A DNA stretch of 64,000 nt, from assembly GCF_055900595.2 (NCBI RefSeq), contig NZ_CM148325.1, one strand, 5' to 3'. Made by a program: the position numbers and the translations under genes. The first letter of the stretch is position 1. The number at the start of each line of letters is the position of its first letter. Below the pieces are notes generated by a model. It had not been told where the DNA came from. It ran no database searches and saw nothing but the letters and a program-made list of their open reading frames with translations. Below, piece by piece: positions 46,449-56,040 of this stretch.

Positions 46449-47126
46449 CTATTTTCCGATAAATTCAACGCTGGCGCCGGTGGCATTACCGTCAGCACCA
46501 ACCGTGACGGTCACTTTGTCGTACGCACGGTCTTCAGGATTGAACACTTCAAACTCAACCTTATTGCCTTTTACTTCGTAAGAGCCAAAATCAGCGGTTT
46601 CTGTTATTTCCTCGTCATATTCCCGGGCGTATGCCTGCCGGGCAGCCTGCAGGACGGAATCTTTATTAATAGTGGTCGTCTGTTTCGGGGAAAAACCGGC
46701 AAGTGATGTGACAAATTTCGGACAGACCTTCAGCATATCACCGCGGGTGAATTCCATTCGTACACCAAATGCCTGTAAAACGGACACATCACGCTCTGCT
46801 ATGGAGTGAACGGCTTTTTTGACCATTTCCGGCGCCTGTCCGACTTCCACCTCAACAGCCCTGAATCCTGTCTGCTGATTACACATTTGTGATGTGGGGA
46901 TCAGGTTACCGTTAATGCTGATACGGTTGCCCAGGAGCGTCTGTACGCCATTCGGGCATCCCTGCATCAGGCCGGTAATACCAATCGTGCCATTTTTCAG
47001 CATTACCAGCGCCTGACCATCTTCCGTCATGGTCTGACACCAGCCGTTTTTGACAGCCCAGTTGCCGGCGGAGGCGGAGAATGATGCCACAGTGAACAGC
47101 AGGGGAAAAAGAATTCTGGTATTCAT
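46449..47126 (-). CDS. Hypothetical exported protein
   Basis: 225-aa ORF with N-terminal signal peptide [20 protein letters not shown]; no family recognised. Confidence 0.5.
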   Translation of the reverse strand: MNTRILFPLLFTVASFSASAGNWAVKNGWCQTMTEDGQALVMLKNGTIGITGLMQGCPNGVQTLLGNRISINGNLIPTSQMCNQQTGFRAVEVEVGQAPEMVKKAVHSIAERDVSVLQAFGVRMEFTRGDMLKVCPKFVTSLAGFSPKQTTTINKDSVLQAARQAYAREYDEEITETADFGSYEVKGNKVEFEVFNPEDRAYDKVTVTVGADGNATGASVEFIGK

Positions 47127-47244
47127 GACTGACCTCTGAAATTAAAGAGCGTGTTATTGATAATGACAGACGGTATACGGCAGTGGTTACCGTAATCCGT
47201 TGTCGTGTAAAGGTATACGGTTGCCACGGGGGACTCCGGAGCGT

Positions 47245-48129
47245 TCAGAACAGGTGATCCCACAGTGTGACCAGCAGGTGGATAATGCGGTCCCGGGTTT
47301 TGCGCAGAAGCTGTAACATCCAGGCCGGAAAACTGAAACGGGCAACGGCGTCGTCAAAACTTTTCCCGATGGTTTCACCAAAAGTCTGTTGTGCGTGTTT
47401 CTGGACCCGTTCAGAGCGGTTTTCCCCCCGGATATGTGAATAAACCGCGCTGGTTGCCTGTGGCGGCAGGGCGTGGATCATCAGTGACACCAGTGCCGGA
47501 ATATTCCAGCCGACAGGCGCGGCAACGGGGAGTACCGGAAATGATGAAGGGAACAGGGTTGCCACCCGGGCTGTCACCGTCGCCAGCGAGAGTTCCTGGT
47601 GACGGGACGGGCATTTTTCTGTGTCGTTCCATTCTTCAGCAGGAAATACGCGATCGGCATGGCTGAGAACAAACAGAAAACGCGAGGGATCTGCACCTTC
47701 ATTCAGTAAAAACTGATGCATGGCGATGTCGGCAGCATACGCACGTTCATCAGCCCGCAGGATCCAGATAATCAGATCCAGTTCGGGCAGTAACTGACTG
47801 TAAAGTGCCCGGTATTCCTGATCATGCTGTGGTGTTTCGCCAGTGCCGGGCAGATCGACCAGCGTCATTCTTCGTTCACCGGGCTGAAAGGTAAGACGAT
47901 GAGCCTGACGGGTGCAGCCGTTCAGCGGATGCGTGGCGCAGACACGGGACTGAAAAATGGCATTGCACAGGCTGCTTTTTCCGGCACCGGATTTACCCAT
48001 AATGCCAATCACGGGCTCGTAATGAATAACACTGTGGAGATGTTCAAGGATTTTCTGGCGAATTTCTTCAGGAAGAAACGTCAGATATGATTTCACTTGT
48101 GCGGAGAGGGAAGAATGGCTGAATGACAT
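47245..48129 (-). CDS. Island-associated GTPase (YeeP/YfjP/YkfA family)
   Basis: 294-aa ORF with P-loop GIMGKSGAGKSSL and DLPG switch motif. Confidence 0.8.
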   Translation of the reverse strand: MSFSHSSLSAQVKSYLTFLPEEIRQKILEHLHSVIHYEPVIGIMGKSGAGKSSLCNAIFQSRVCATHPLNGCTRQAHRLTFQPGERRMTLVDLPGTGETPQHDQEYRALYSQLLPELDLIIWILRADERAYAADIAMHQFLLNEGADPSRFLFVLSHADRVFPAEEWNDTEKCPSRHQELSLATVTARVATLFPSSFPVLPVAAPVGWNIPALVSLMIHALPPQATSAVYSHIRGENRSERVQKHAQQTFGETIGKSFDDAVARFSFPAWMLQLLRKTRDRIIHLLVTLWDHLF

Positions 48130-48234
48130 ACCGGTATCCTGTTGATTTCACTGAACCGGATCACACTAATCCGGTTTATCATTCAGGTAATATGGGCGTG
48201 AAAAAATCTGGAGTGACAAAGTTCGGGAGGAGTG

Positions 48235-49185
48235 ATGGCATCACTGTCGATTAATACGCTACGCCGAATGAGCATTTGTAAAAGTCAGGCCTGGAAAGAT
48301 ACCCAGCGAATACTGAAGCGTAGTGGACTTGTGTACAGAGGGGAACGGTCAGAATCGTTTGATCCTGAGAAACATTTTAATCGTTATACGGTGCGTTATC
48401 TGTACCTGCTTAACATAATTGCGCTTAAGATAAGGTCGGTTAGTAAATTTTCCTGTTGGATCGAGGTGGGACAATGCCATCGTATGACTGGTAAACATTT
48501 ATCTCTTAATGCCCCGCCTTTTATGCTGATTCCGCGTAGTATCCGGAGAAAAGTGGATGGATTCAGACAGTCAAAAGGTGAAGCAACCCCAAAATCGGCT
48601 CAACCGTTCACGGGCAGTTTGTATGAGGTTTTGAGAAAGGAGAGCGATTCAGCTAAGCTGGACGCATGGATTGCTGAACTGCCTCTGAACTTGCAGGAGG
48701 AGGGAAAGGAAATCTCAGTCATGGGATTTAGTCCACGGGCTGTGGCCCGACCTGTTCTTCGGTCAGCATCCCCGACGTTTGAACTGTTTTATCAGGAGTA
48801 TCAATCCCTAAGATTAAAATCTGTTTTTAAATTTGAACCAAGATTTGAACAACTTTTAACAAGACTGAGCTTTAGAAAACAATCAATTCTCAGAAAACAA
48901 CAATACAGGGTTAAATCGCAATTACTGGAGAGACTGGGGAATGTGTTGTTTTTCACGTCGCTTTATAACCAGGGATGTTTAGAGGAGTTTATAAATGCAC
49001 TTGTGGAAAAGGAGGACATTTATCTGAAAATGTCCCCTGGGGAGGAAAAGGTGAAAGCACACCAGAAAATGGTTAACTACATTGAAGCGTTCTGCAACAA
49101 AATGACGGAAAAATACCTGATGCCCGCAGCAAGCAGACACTACAAAAAGAAGAAAATCGCCAGGAGCGAAAGTGGTGAAAGTTAA
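48235..49185 (+). CDS. Hypothetical basic protein (gene A of convergent AT-rich pair)
   Basis: 316 aa from ATG at 48235 (GGAGG upstream); low-GC codon usage unlike the flanking backbone; no family recognised. Confidence 0.5.
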   Translation: MASLSINTLRRMSICKSQAWKDTQRILKRSGLVYRGERSESFDPEKHFNRYTVRYLYLLNIIALKIRSVSKFSCWIEVGQCHRMTGKHLSLNAPPFMLIPRSIRRKVDGFRQSKGEATPKSAQPFTGSLYEVLRKESDSAKLDAWIAELPLNLQEEGKEISVMGFSPRAVARPVLRSASPTFELFYQEYQSLRLKSVFKFEPRFEQLLTRLSFRKQSILRKQQYRVKSQLLERLGNVLFFTSLYNQGCLEEFINALVEKEDIYLKMSPGEEKVKAHQKMVNYIEAFCNKMTEKYLMPAASRHYKKKKIARSESGES

Positions 49186-49970
49186 TCCAGTCTATCGTAC
49201 AGAATCAGTTGTTCCAGAATAGCCTGCTGTGTTGTTTTCCGCTCTCTGGTCAGTCTGTCCAGAGCGCTTTTTGCGGATGGCGATATCTTTACGTTGATTT
49301 GTACCCGTTTATCTTTTTTTCCATCGATAAACTGTTTTCTGAATGCATTGTGCATCTTGTCGAAAAATCTTTCTTTTGCAGCGAATCCTAGGTGAAATTC
49401 TTTTGGCGTCAGTAAACAGGGTGTGTCTGTGGGGAATAACATTTTTAGTAAAACTACAATGGCAATATATCTTTCGTTATCATTTACAGGATTAAACCAG
49501 GAAAGATATGTGGGTGAGATACGTGCATCAATATATTCCCATGCCCATTTCAGTTGTTCGGTATTCTTTTTAAGCCATTTGGCTTCGTTTCTCTTTTCGA
49601 GTCCCAGCCAGTTTTGATGCATTATTGAGATAATCCGATCTGCTTCCCCATAAAGGATTAACGCATTAATCCATTTCCCTATAACATTCAGTCGTGTTTC
49701 ATGACTTGAAGGAATAATTGTCATGGGGTTATCCTTCATAACGATCACCCCCTTCAAGGCAGAGTTGAACTCAGATTCATTATTAAGTTTAAGTTTTTCG
49801 GGAACTGTATGAGACATAATTAACCAGAACCAGAATGCTGCAATTTCATTTTTTCTGATCCATTCAGGTATGTGATTATCTGCCAGATTATTATCATTCA
49901 ATAAATGCTCGGTTGTTTTATTTTTCCAGTCATATCTATTCACGTTATAACCGCCTTTATATTGTTTCAT
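49182..49970 (-). CDS. Hypothetical protein with C-terminal ribbon-helix-helix-like motif (gene B)
   Basis: 262 aa from ATG at 49970 (GAGG upstream; ORF track extends to a GTG at 50057); C-terminus KRVQINVKISPSAKSALDRLTRERKTTQQAILEQLI has strand-helix-helix pattern; stop overlaps gene A stop in a TTAA. Confidence 0.5.
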   Translation of the reverse strand: MKQYKGGYNVNRYDWKNKTTEHLLNDNNLADNHIPEWIRKNEIAAFWFWLIMSHTVPEKLKLNNESEFNSALKGVIVMKDNPMTIIPSSHETRLNVIGKWINALILYGEADRIISIMHQNWLGLEKRNEAKWLKKNTEQLKWAWEYIDARISPTYLSWFNPVNDNERYIAIVVLLKMLFPTDTPCLLTPKEFHLGFAAKERFFDKMHNAFRKQFIDGKKDKRVQINVKISPSAKSALDRLTRERKTTQQAILEQLILYDRLD

Positions 49971-50087
49971 CTGATTACGCCTCAATCGTTTTCTTTTCTG
50001 GTGATTTTCACCATCACATGTCAGTTGTATATGCAAGGGGATCAATAAAAATATCACCCTGCAAGCACTTCAAAGCTGATTATGGGG

Positions 50088-50151
50088 ATATTCTAGAACT
50101 ATTCACAAAACTATTCCAGACATATCAAGAACTATTTCTTGACCTATTCAT
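50088..50151. repeat. Four iteron-like direct repeats A(A/C)CTATT(C/T) upstream of gene B
   Basis: tagaactattcac, aaaactattcca, agaactatttctt, gacctattcat within 64 bp. Confidence 0.45.
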
Positions 50152-50323
50152 AATAAAATAAAACATGCTATCAACTACGGCTCATATTCTCCTTGGGGGT
50201 GTCGTTGTACTGTTCGACTGTTCTTGTGGTCAGATTAACAATCTGAAGAGTAAAAGCGACAGTAATCTGTCTGTTATAGTGGCGATAAAAACACTGAATG
50301 CGCATCCTGTATGTGAAATCCTG

Positions 50324-50590
50324 TCATGTAGAGCAGTAAGCAATGACAGACATGCATGTTATATGTGAAGGGGGCCGGGAGACGACATAATCAGTATGGC
50401 TGTCATTCTGGTTGTAAAACGCGATCACTTTCCGGGGGTAAAAGATGATATGGAGGTTGACAAACGGTTTGCTTCGGATTGTCTTTTCTGGGGCCTGAAA
50501 TACGAGGGCAGAAAAATAATTCCAGAGTAAATCTGCTCTGTTTTTAGGACAGAAAACTCCATGCTGGCTGTAAAAGTGAAAAATTAACAC
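50324..50590 (-). pseudogene. 3' portion of an unidentified ORF interrupted by IS10
   Basis: 88-aa frame begins inside the IS10 target duplication; the same frame is open across the duplication into the sequence on the far side of IS10 (51935 onward). Confidence 0.35.
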
Positions 50591-50596
50591 CCAGTA

Positions 50597-51925
50597 CTGA
50601 TGAATCCCCTAATGATTTTTATCAAAATCATTAAGTTAAGGTAGATACACATCTTGTCATATGATCAAATGGTTTCGCCAAAAATCAATAATCAGACAAC
50701 AAAATGTGCGAACTCGATATTTTACACGACTCTCTTTACCAATTCTGCCCCGAATTACACTTAAAACGACTCAACAGCTTAACGTTGGCTTGCCACGCCT
50801 TACTTGACTGTAAAACTCTCACTCTTACCGAACTTGGCCGTAACCTGCCAACCAAAGCGAGAACAAAACATAACATCAAACGAATCGACCGATTGTTAGG
50901 TAATCGTCACCTCCACAAAGAGCGACTCGCTGTATACCGTTGGCATGCTAGCTTTATCTGTTCGGGCAATACGATGCCCATTGTACTTGTTGACTGGTCT
51001 GATATCCGTGAGCAAAAACGGCTTATGGTATTGCGAGCTTCAGTCGCACTACACGGTCGTTCTGTTACTCTTTATGAGAAAGCGTTCCCGCTTTCAGAGC
51101 AATGTTCAAAGAAAGCTCATGACCAATTTCTAGCCGACCTTGCGAGCATTCTACCGAGTAACACCACACCGCTCATTGTCAGTGATGCTGGCTTTAAAGT
51201 GCCATGGTATAAATCCGTTGAGAAGCTGGGTTGGTACTGGTTAAGTCGAGTAAGAGGAAAAGTACAATATGCAGACCTAGGAGCGGAAAACTGGAAACCT
51301 ATCAGCAACTTACATGATATGTCATCTAGTCACTCAAAGACTTTAGGCTATAAGAGGCTGACTAAAAGCAATCCAATCTCATGCCAAATTCTATTGTATA
51401 AATCTCGCTCTAAAGGCCGAAAAAATCAGCGCTCGACACGGACTCATTGTCACCACCCGTCACCTAAAATCTACTCAGCGTCGGCAAAGGAGCCATGGAT
51501 TCTAGCAACTAACTTACCTGTTGAAATTCGAACACCCAAACAACTTGTTAATATCTATTCGAAGCGAATGCAGATTGAAGAAACCTTCCGAGACTTGAAA
51601 AGTCCTGCCTACGGACTAGGCCTACGCCATAGCCGAACGAGCAGCTCAGAGCGTTTTGATATCATGCTGCTAATCGCCCTGATGCTTCAACTAACATGTT
51701 GGCTTGCGGGCGTTCATGCTCAGAAACAAGGTTGGGACAAGCACTTCCAGGCTAACACAGTCAGAAATCGAAACGTACTCTCAACAGTTCGCTTAGGCAT
51801 GGAAGTTTTGCGGCATTCTGGCTACACAATAACAAGGGAAGACTCACTCGTGGCTGCAACCCTGCTTACTCAAAATCTATTCACACATGGTTACGTTTTG
51901 GGGAAATTATGAGGGGATCTCTCAG
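50597..51925 (+). mobile_element. IS10 (IS4 family), complete 1329-bp copy
   Basis: Outside end CTGATGAATCCCCTAATGATTTT at 50597, inside end ...GGGGATCTCTCAG at 51925; perfect 9-bp target-site duplication CACCCAGTA at 50588-50596 and 51926-51934. Confidence 0.93.
50704..51912 (+). CDS. IS10 transposase
   Basis: 402-aa ORF MCELDILHDSLYQFCPELHLKRLNSLTLACHALLDCKTLTLTELGRNLPTKARTKHNIKRIDRLLGNRHL... matching recalled IS10/Tn10 transposase almost exactly. Confidence 0.95.
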   Translation: MCELDILHDSLYQFCPELHLKRLNSLTLACHALLDCKTLTLTELGRNLPTKARTKHNIKRIDRLLGNRHLHKERLAVYRWHASFICSGNTMPIVLVDWSDIREQKRLMVLRASVALHGRSVTLYEKAFPLSEQCSKKAHDQFLADLASILPSNTTPLIVSDAGFKVPWYKSVEKLGWYWLSRVRGKVQYADLGAENWKPISNLHDMSSSHSKTLGYKRLTKSNPISCQILLYKSRSKGRKNQRSTRTHCHHPSPKIYSASAKEPWILATNLPVEIRTPKQLVNIYSKRMQIEETFRDLKSPAYGLGLRHSRTSSSERFDIMLLIALMLQLTCWLAGVHAQKQGWDKHFQANTVRNRNVLSTVRLGMEVLRHSGYTITREDSLVAATLLTQNLFTHGYVLGKL

Positions 51926-53005
51926 CACCCAGTATGTATGGAAGTCTGAAGATGTTGAGAATGTCGGTATGATACTATATACACATATTTTACTAAGTAT
52001 TTTTACTAAGCATTTCAGTAAGTGTTATACACGTATTTTCTACTAAGTGTTTTACCAGACATACACGTGTTTTCATAAACAGCCCTATAAGTGTTTTCAT
52101 TAAGCATTGCTGTACACATTGCTTTGTCTGAAACACATCCAGTTTAGTAAATCTTTACGTTAGCTAAAATCAGTTTAAAGCTGCTGTAAAACCTTTCTGT
52201 TTAAGCAATCAATCTGCTATTCGATTTTACTGATGTTGCGTTTAACCTTTTCTGAGATTTCGAGTTTCGACGTTAGCATGAGAAAAGTATCTTTACGCTA
52301 AATCAACCCGAACTTTCCTGAAGTAATCTGACGTTTTTTTCGATGTGCTTACGACGATTCTGTTAAACGACTTTCTGGATGTTTTGATAACAATCAGATT
52401 GAGGCATTAACGATTCCTGACGTTTTCTTTTCCGTGTAAGGTCATTCTTTTTGTCATGAGGTTTCTTCTTGCATTGCGAAAGTGTGATGAACGGTTTTGG
52501 TGTTTTTGATTCAGATAAGGTTTACGTTATCGATGGTTAACCGTTTTTATGGTGCGTAGTGAAACGTAACTTTTTCAGGATGAGAAAATCGATTCTGATG
52601 TTGGTGATTTTTGTTCTTGTGGCGGGGTTTATCTGTAAACAGGTTTTAAACGTGTCATTCACATCCGTGATTGAGTTGTGTGATTAAGCTGTAGGTTTTG
52701 GGGTTGTTGTTGATTTGCATTACCAGGAAGCGTTCTGGTTGCGTTTCTGGTGTTTTGTTCGAATGTTCTGTGGATCCTTTTCCCTTCTGACTTTTCTCGT
52801 TGTCCATGTCGTTTTTAAATCCATTCGCTGTTCTTGAGTGTTTTTACCCTGCGTGTAGAATTATCTTTTCGTTCCGGGATGGTTTGTTCCGTTTCAATCA
52901 CTCTTAATCAGAGAGTTGTAGCATTGCTCAATGCCGGATGCCGTAAAGTTTTACCGCGGTGATTAATGATGTGAAGTCAATCCAAATCAACGGAGATCTC
53001 TCATC

Positions 53006-53737
53006 ATGAATCAACCAATACACAATGCTTACTGGTTATCCCGTTTTGAAAGTATTCTCAACAGTGCCCTGGCGCAGCACCGTGCCGTCTCGTTAATCCG
53101 GGTGGATTTACGTTTCCCTGAGTATATGCCTGCCACCATCATGGATACCGATTTAGATTCAGCGGTGATTTCTCGTTTTTTTGCATCCCTGAAAGCAAAA
53201 ATTCAGGCTTACCAGCGACATAAACGACGTGCCAACAAGCGTGTGCGTGCAACCACTCTGCGTTATTTCTGGTGTCGGGAGTTTGGCAAGGAAAAAGGCA
53301 GGAAACATTATCACGTGATATTACTGCTCAACAAAGATACCTGGTGCTCGCCAGGGGATTTCACCGTTCCTTCTTCGCTGGCGACACTGATCAAGCTGGC
53401 ATGGTGTAGTGCTCTGCATCTTGAGCCCTGGCAGGGTAATGGACTGGTTCATTTTTCCAGGCGGACGCCTTTCCGTAAACCGACATCATCTGATGCTCGC
53501 CCTTCTTCCGATGATACGCCTTTGTCGGGTGGATGTTCTGATACCAGGAAGGCTTCAGACAAAAAGCCGGGTGAAGCCGCTGTTCTCTGGATCAAGCGTG
53601 GTGATGTGGAAGCGCTGCAGAAAGCCCGGAACAGAGCCAGTTATCTCGTGAAATATGAGACGAAGCAGCATGACGGTTCCGGGCAACGTAATTATGGTTG
53701 CAGTCGTGGGCCGGGGCGTCTGCTGGATGGCAGGTGA
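53006..53737 (+). CDS. YagK/YfjJ-family protein (island-associated, inovirus Gp2-like)
   Basis: 243-aa ORF with ...LIRVDLRFPEY...KHYHVILLLNKD... motifs; preceded by conserved leader motif. Confidence 0.6.
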   Translation: MNQPIHNAYWLSRFESILNSALAQHRAVSLIRVDLRFPEYMPATIMDTDLDSAVISRFFASLKAKIQAYQRHKRRANKRVRATTLRYFWCREFGKEKGRKHYHVILLLNKDTWCSPGDFTVPSSLATLIKLAWCSALHLEPWQGNGLVHFSRRTPFRKPTSSDARPSSDDTPLSGGCSDTRKASDKKPGEAAVLWIKRGDVEALQKARNRASYLVKYETKQHDGSGQRNYGCSRGPGRLLDGR

Positions 53738-54063
53738 GCCCTGTAAAACGACATCCGGTGTCTGAGCTTATGCTACAGGACGTTGGCTGACGCCCTTAGC
53801 TCGTTTTCTGAAAAAGTCGTCCTGAAGTCATGCAACGGTATTTTTCTCTGCTTTCGCTCCTGGAAACACTCCGTCGGTAAAACCTTACTGTCCTGCTTAA
53901 TGATGTGAACCGAAGTCAACGGAGATCATTCATTCTGAACCTGCATCCGGTGTTCTGTCCCTTGTCGGTTACCTGATCTTCCCGTTCTGCCGCGGTTTTT
54001 CACTTATTCCATCAACCCCATACGCAAGCCATAACACGTCAGCGCATCCACGGGCAGGACGCG

Positions 54064-54666
54064 TTGTGGGCTGCGTATAACGGAACATATCTTATGAATG
54101 CTATCCCTTATTTCGACTATAGCATGGCGCCCTTCTGGCCATCTTATCAGAACAAAATCATCGGCGTTCTCAACCGTGTGTTGCGCGAGCAGTCCGGCTC
54201 CAGGATACGGCGGATCCTGCTTCGTCTGCCGGGGGAACATGGCAACATCTTCAGCGACAGAAAAACCTGGTTCGGTATGGCCTTTATCGAAACCGTCAGT
54301 GCGCTGATGAATGCAACCCCCGGACGCGACCTCTGCTGGCTCCTGACACGTCATCCTGAAAAACCGGAATACCACGTGGTGCTGTGCGTCAGACAGGAAT
54401 ATTTCGACGGCCCTGAGCTGGACCGGTTGATTCTGGATGCCTGGAGCAACGTACTGGGCTTCGCGTCACCGGGTGAAGCAGCACCGTACCAGAAACAGAT
54501 AACCCGGGATGTGGTGCTGGACAGTTGTTCACCGGACTGCGAAGAGAGACTCAAAGAGCTGATATGGGCGTTCAGTGATTTCGCCCGCGATCGTCGTGGT
54601 GTGCGCGATCCGGAAGCCCGTTACCTCGCCGGTAATCCCTGGTATCCCGTAGCAGGCCAGCTCTGA
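54064..54666 (+). CDS. YagK/YfjJ-family paralog
   Basis: 200-aa ORF with corresponding motifs RILLRLPGEH and PEYHVVLCVRQE; same leader motif upstream; true start may be an internal Met. Confidence 0.55.
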   Translation: MWAAYNGTYLMNAIPYFDYSMAPFWPSYQNKIIGVLNRVLREQSGSRIRRILLRLPGEHGNIFSDRKTWFGMAFIETVSALMNATPGRDLCWLLTRHPEKPEYHVVLCVRQEYFDGPELDRLILDAWSNVLGFASPGEAAPYQKQITRDVVLDSCSPDCEERLKELIWAFSDFARDRRGVRDPEARYLAGNPWYPVAGQL

Positions 54667-54734
54667 AAGCTCAGCTCAGCAGATTCACCCGCATTTGCCC
54701 AACATTCATAAATCTCACAGAGGACATTCTGACC

Positions 54735-54971
54735 ATGTTGACCTCAATGACAGGTCACGACAGCGTATTGCTGCGTGCCGACGATCCCCTGATCGACATG
54801 AACTACATCACCAGCTTCACTGGTATGACCGACAAATGGTTTTACAAGCTGATCAGTGAAGGCCATTTCCCTAAACCCATCAAACTGGGGCGCAGCAGCC
54901 GCTGGTACAAAAGTGAAGTGGAGCAGTGGATGCAGCAACGAATCGAGGCATCACGAGGGGCAGCAGCATGA
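54735..54971 (+). CDS. AlpA-family phage/island transcriptional regulator (excisionase-like HTH)
   Basis: 78-aa ORF with ...YITSFTGMTDKWFYKLISEGHFPKPIKLGRSSRWYKSEVEQWM. Confidence 0.78.
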   Translation: MLTSMTGHDSVLLRADDPLIDMNYITSFTGMTDKWFYKLISEGHFPKPIKLGRSSRWYKSEVEQWMQQRIEASRGAAA

Positions 54972-55720
54972 AACGTGTTGTAATGCCGGTACGCTGGCAA
55001 TGTGCAAAATACCAGCGTTGGTATTGTGGAAATCAGCCCTGTCCCTGGTGCTGGCGACCTGCTGCCCCCGTCTGTCATTCCTCGTTCTTCGCTGTAACAG
55101 GCATCGTACCGGTCTCGGCGTGCTTTCCTGCGTACCGACACCGGTTCAGCAACATTCAAGGGGATCAAATCGTGCAAATAACCGAAACCGTACTTTCAGA
55201 GCCGGTGGAAATCCGGCGTTTTATTCAGCAGGCGGTGGATCACTGGCCGCGTCTGCTGGCCGTCCACTTCACACTCCATTCGGCAGAAGGAAACATCAAC
55301 GGACAACAGATTCATGCATTCTGTACTTCCTTTTACCGACAGGTGCACGAGCGTATTACTGAACGTAATCACACGGCCAGTCCAGCACCACCGGTGGTAT
55401 TACGCTGGTTGCGGGAACAACATGGAGGAGCAACAATGCGATGCCTGTTGCTGCTCAGCCAGACGAGCATTTGCCATCCACGGGTCAGTGCCACGGTTGA
55501 TGAAGAATGTTCGCAACGGGTGGATTTATTGCAACAGACATGGCGGGTGATAAGTGCTGACGGACAATGCCGGGTGGAAAGGTGTTTTCAGGCTGCCCGG
55601 GGTGATACATCCGGCCAGTATATTGCGTTAAAAACAGTTGCATTGTCTCTGGGGTTACCGGTTGTGACCGGTATTACCCATCGCCCGGTACAGCGCTGTA
55701 CATTGATTACAGCTCAGTGA
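54968..55720 (+). CDS. Hypothetical protein with cysteine-rich N-terminus
   Basis: ATG at 54968 overlaps alpA stop (ATGA); N-terminus has CAKYQRWYCGNQPCPWCWRPAAPVCH; alternative GTG start near 55174; no family recognised. Confidence 0.4.
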   Translation: MKRVVMPVRWQCAKYQRWYCGNQPCPWCWRPAAPVCHSSFFAVTGIVPVSACFPAYRHRFSNIQGDQIVQITETVLSEPVEIRRFIQQAVDHWPRLLAVHFTLHSAEGNINGQQIHAFCTSFYRQVHERITERNHTASPAPPVVLRWLREQHGGATMRCLLLLSQTSICHPRVSATVDEECSQRVDLLQQTWRVISADGQCRVERCFQAARGDTSGQYIALKTVALSLGLPVVTGITHRPVQRCTLITAQ

Positions 55721-55737
55721 ACAGCGCTGTTGTGCAG

Positions 55738-56040
55738 TCAACGAGGTTTTCTGTCTTTTCGTCGGTCATTCAGCATCATTAAACGGGTCTCTGCCTCTTT
55801 CTGTTCCTGTGGTGTCACTTCCCCGCACGGCTGACCGTTCAGGTTGTAACGGGCGCCACCTGCTATTAACGCACGGTAATAGCGCGGAGACTGCACATAA
55901 GACGCCACTGCTGCATGTAATGTACCAGCGCCAAACGCCAGTTCTCGGATGGCGATATCCTGTATCAGGTCGTCAGGTATCCCCACTTTAAGTGGTTTTG
56001 TTTTTTTCCCGGTTGAATGACTCAGGCCAGAGTTCCACAA
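55738..56040 (-). CDS. Hypothetical 100-aa protein
   Basis: ORF only; basic C-terminus; no family recognised. Confidence 0.3.
   Translation of the reverse strand: MWNSGLSHSTGKKTKPLKVGIPDDLIQDIAIRELAFGAGTLHAAVASYVQSPRYYRALIAGGARYNLNGQPCGEVTPQEQKEAETRLMMLNDRRKDRKPR

Noticed and set aside
54004-54375. 123-aa minus-strand ORF
   Set aside because: Antisense to the second YagK-like gene.
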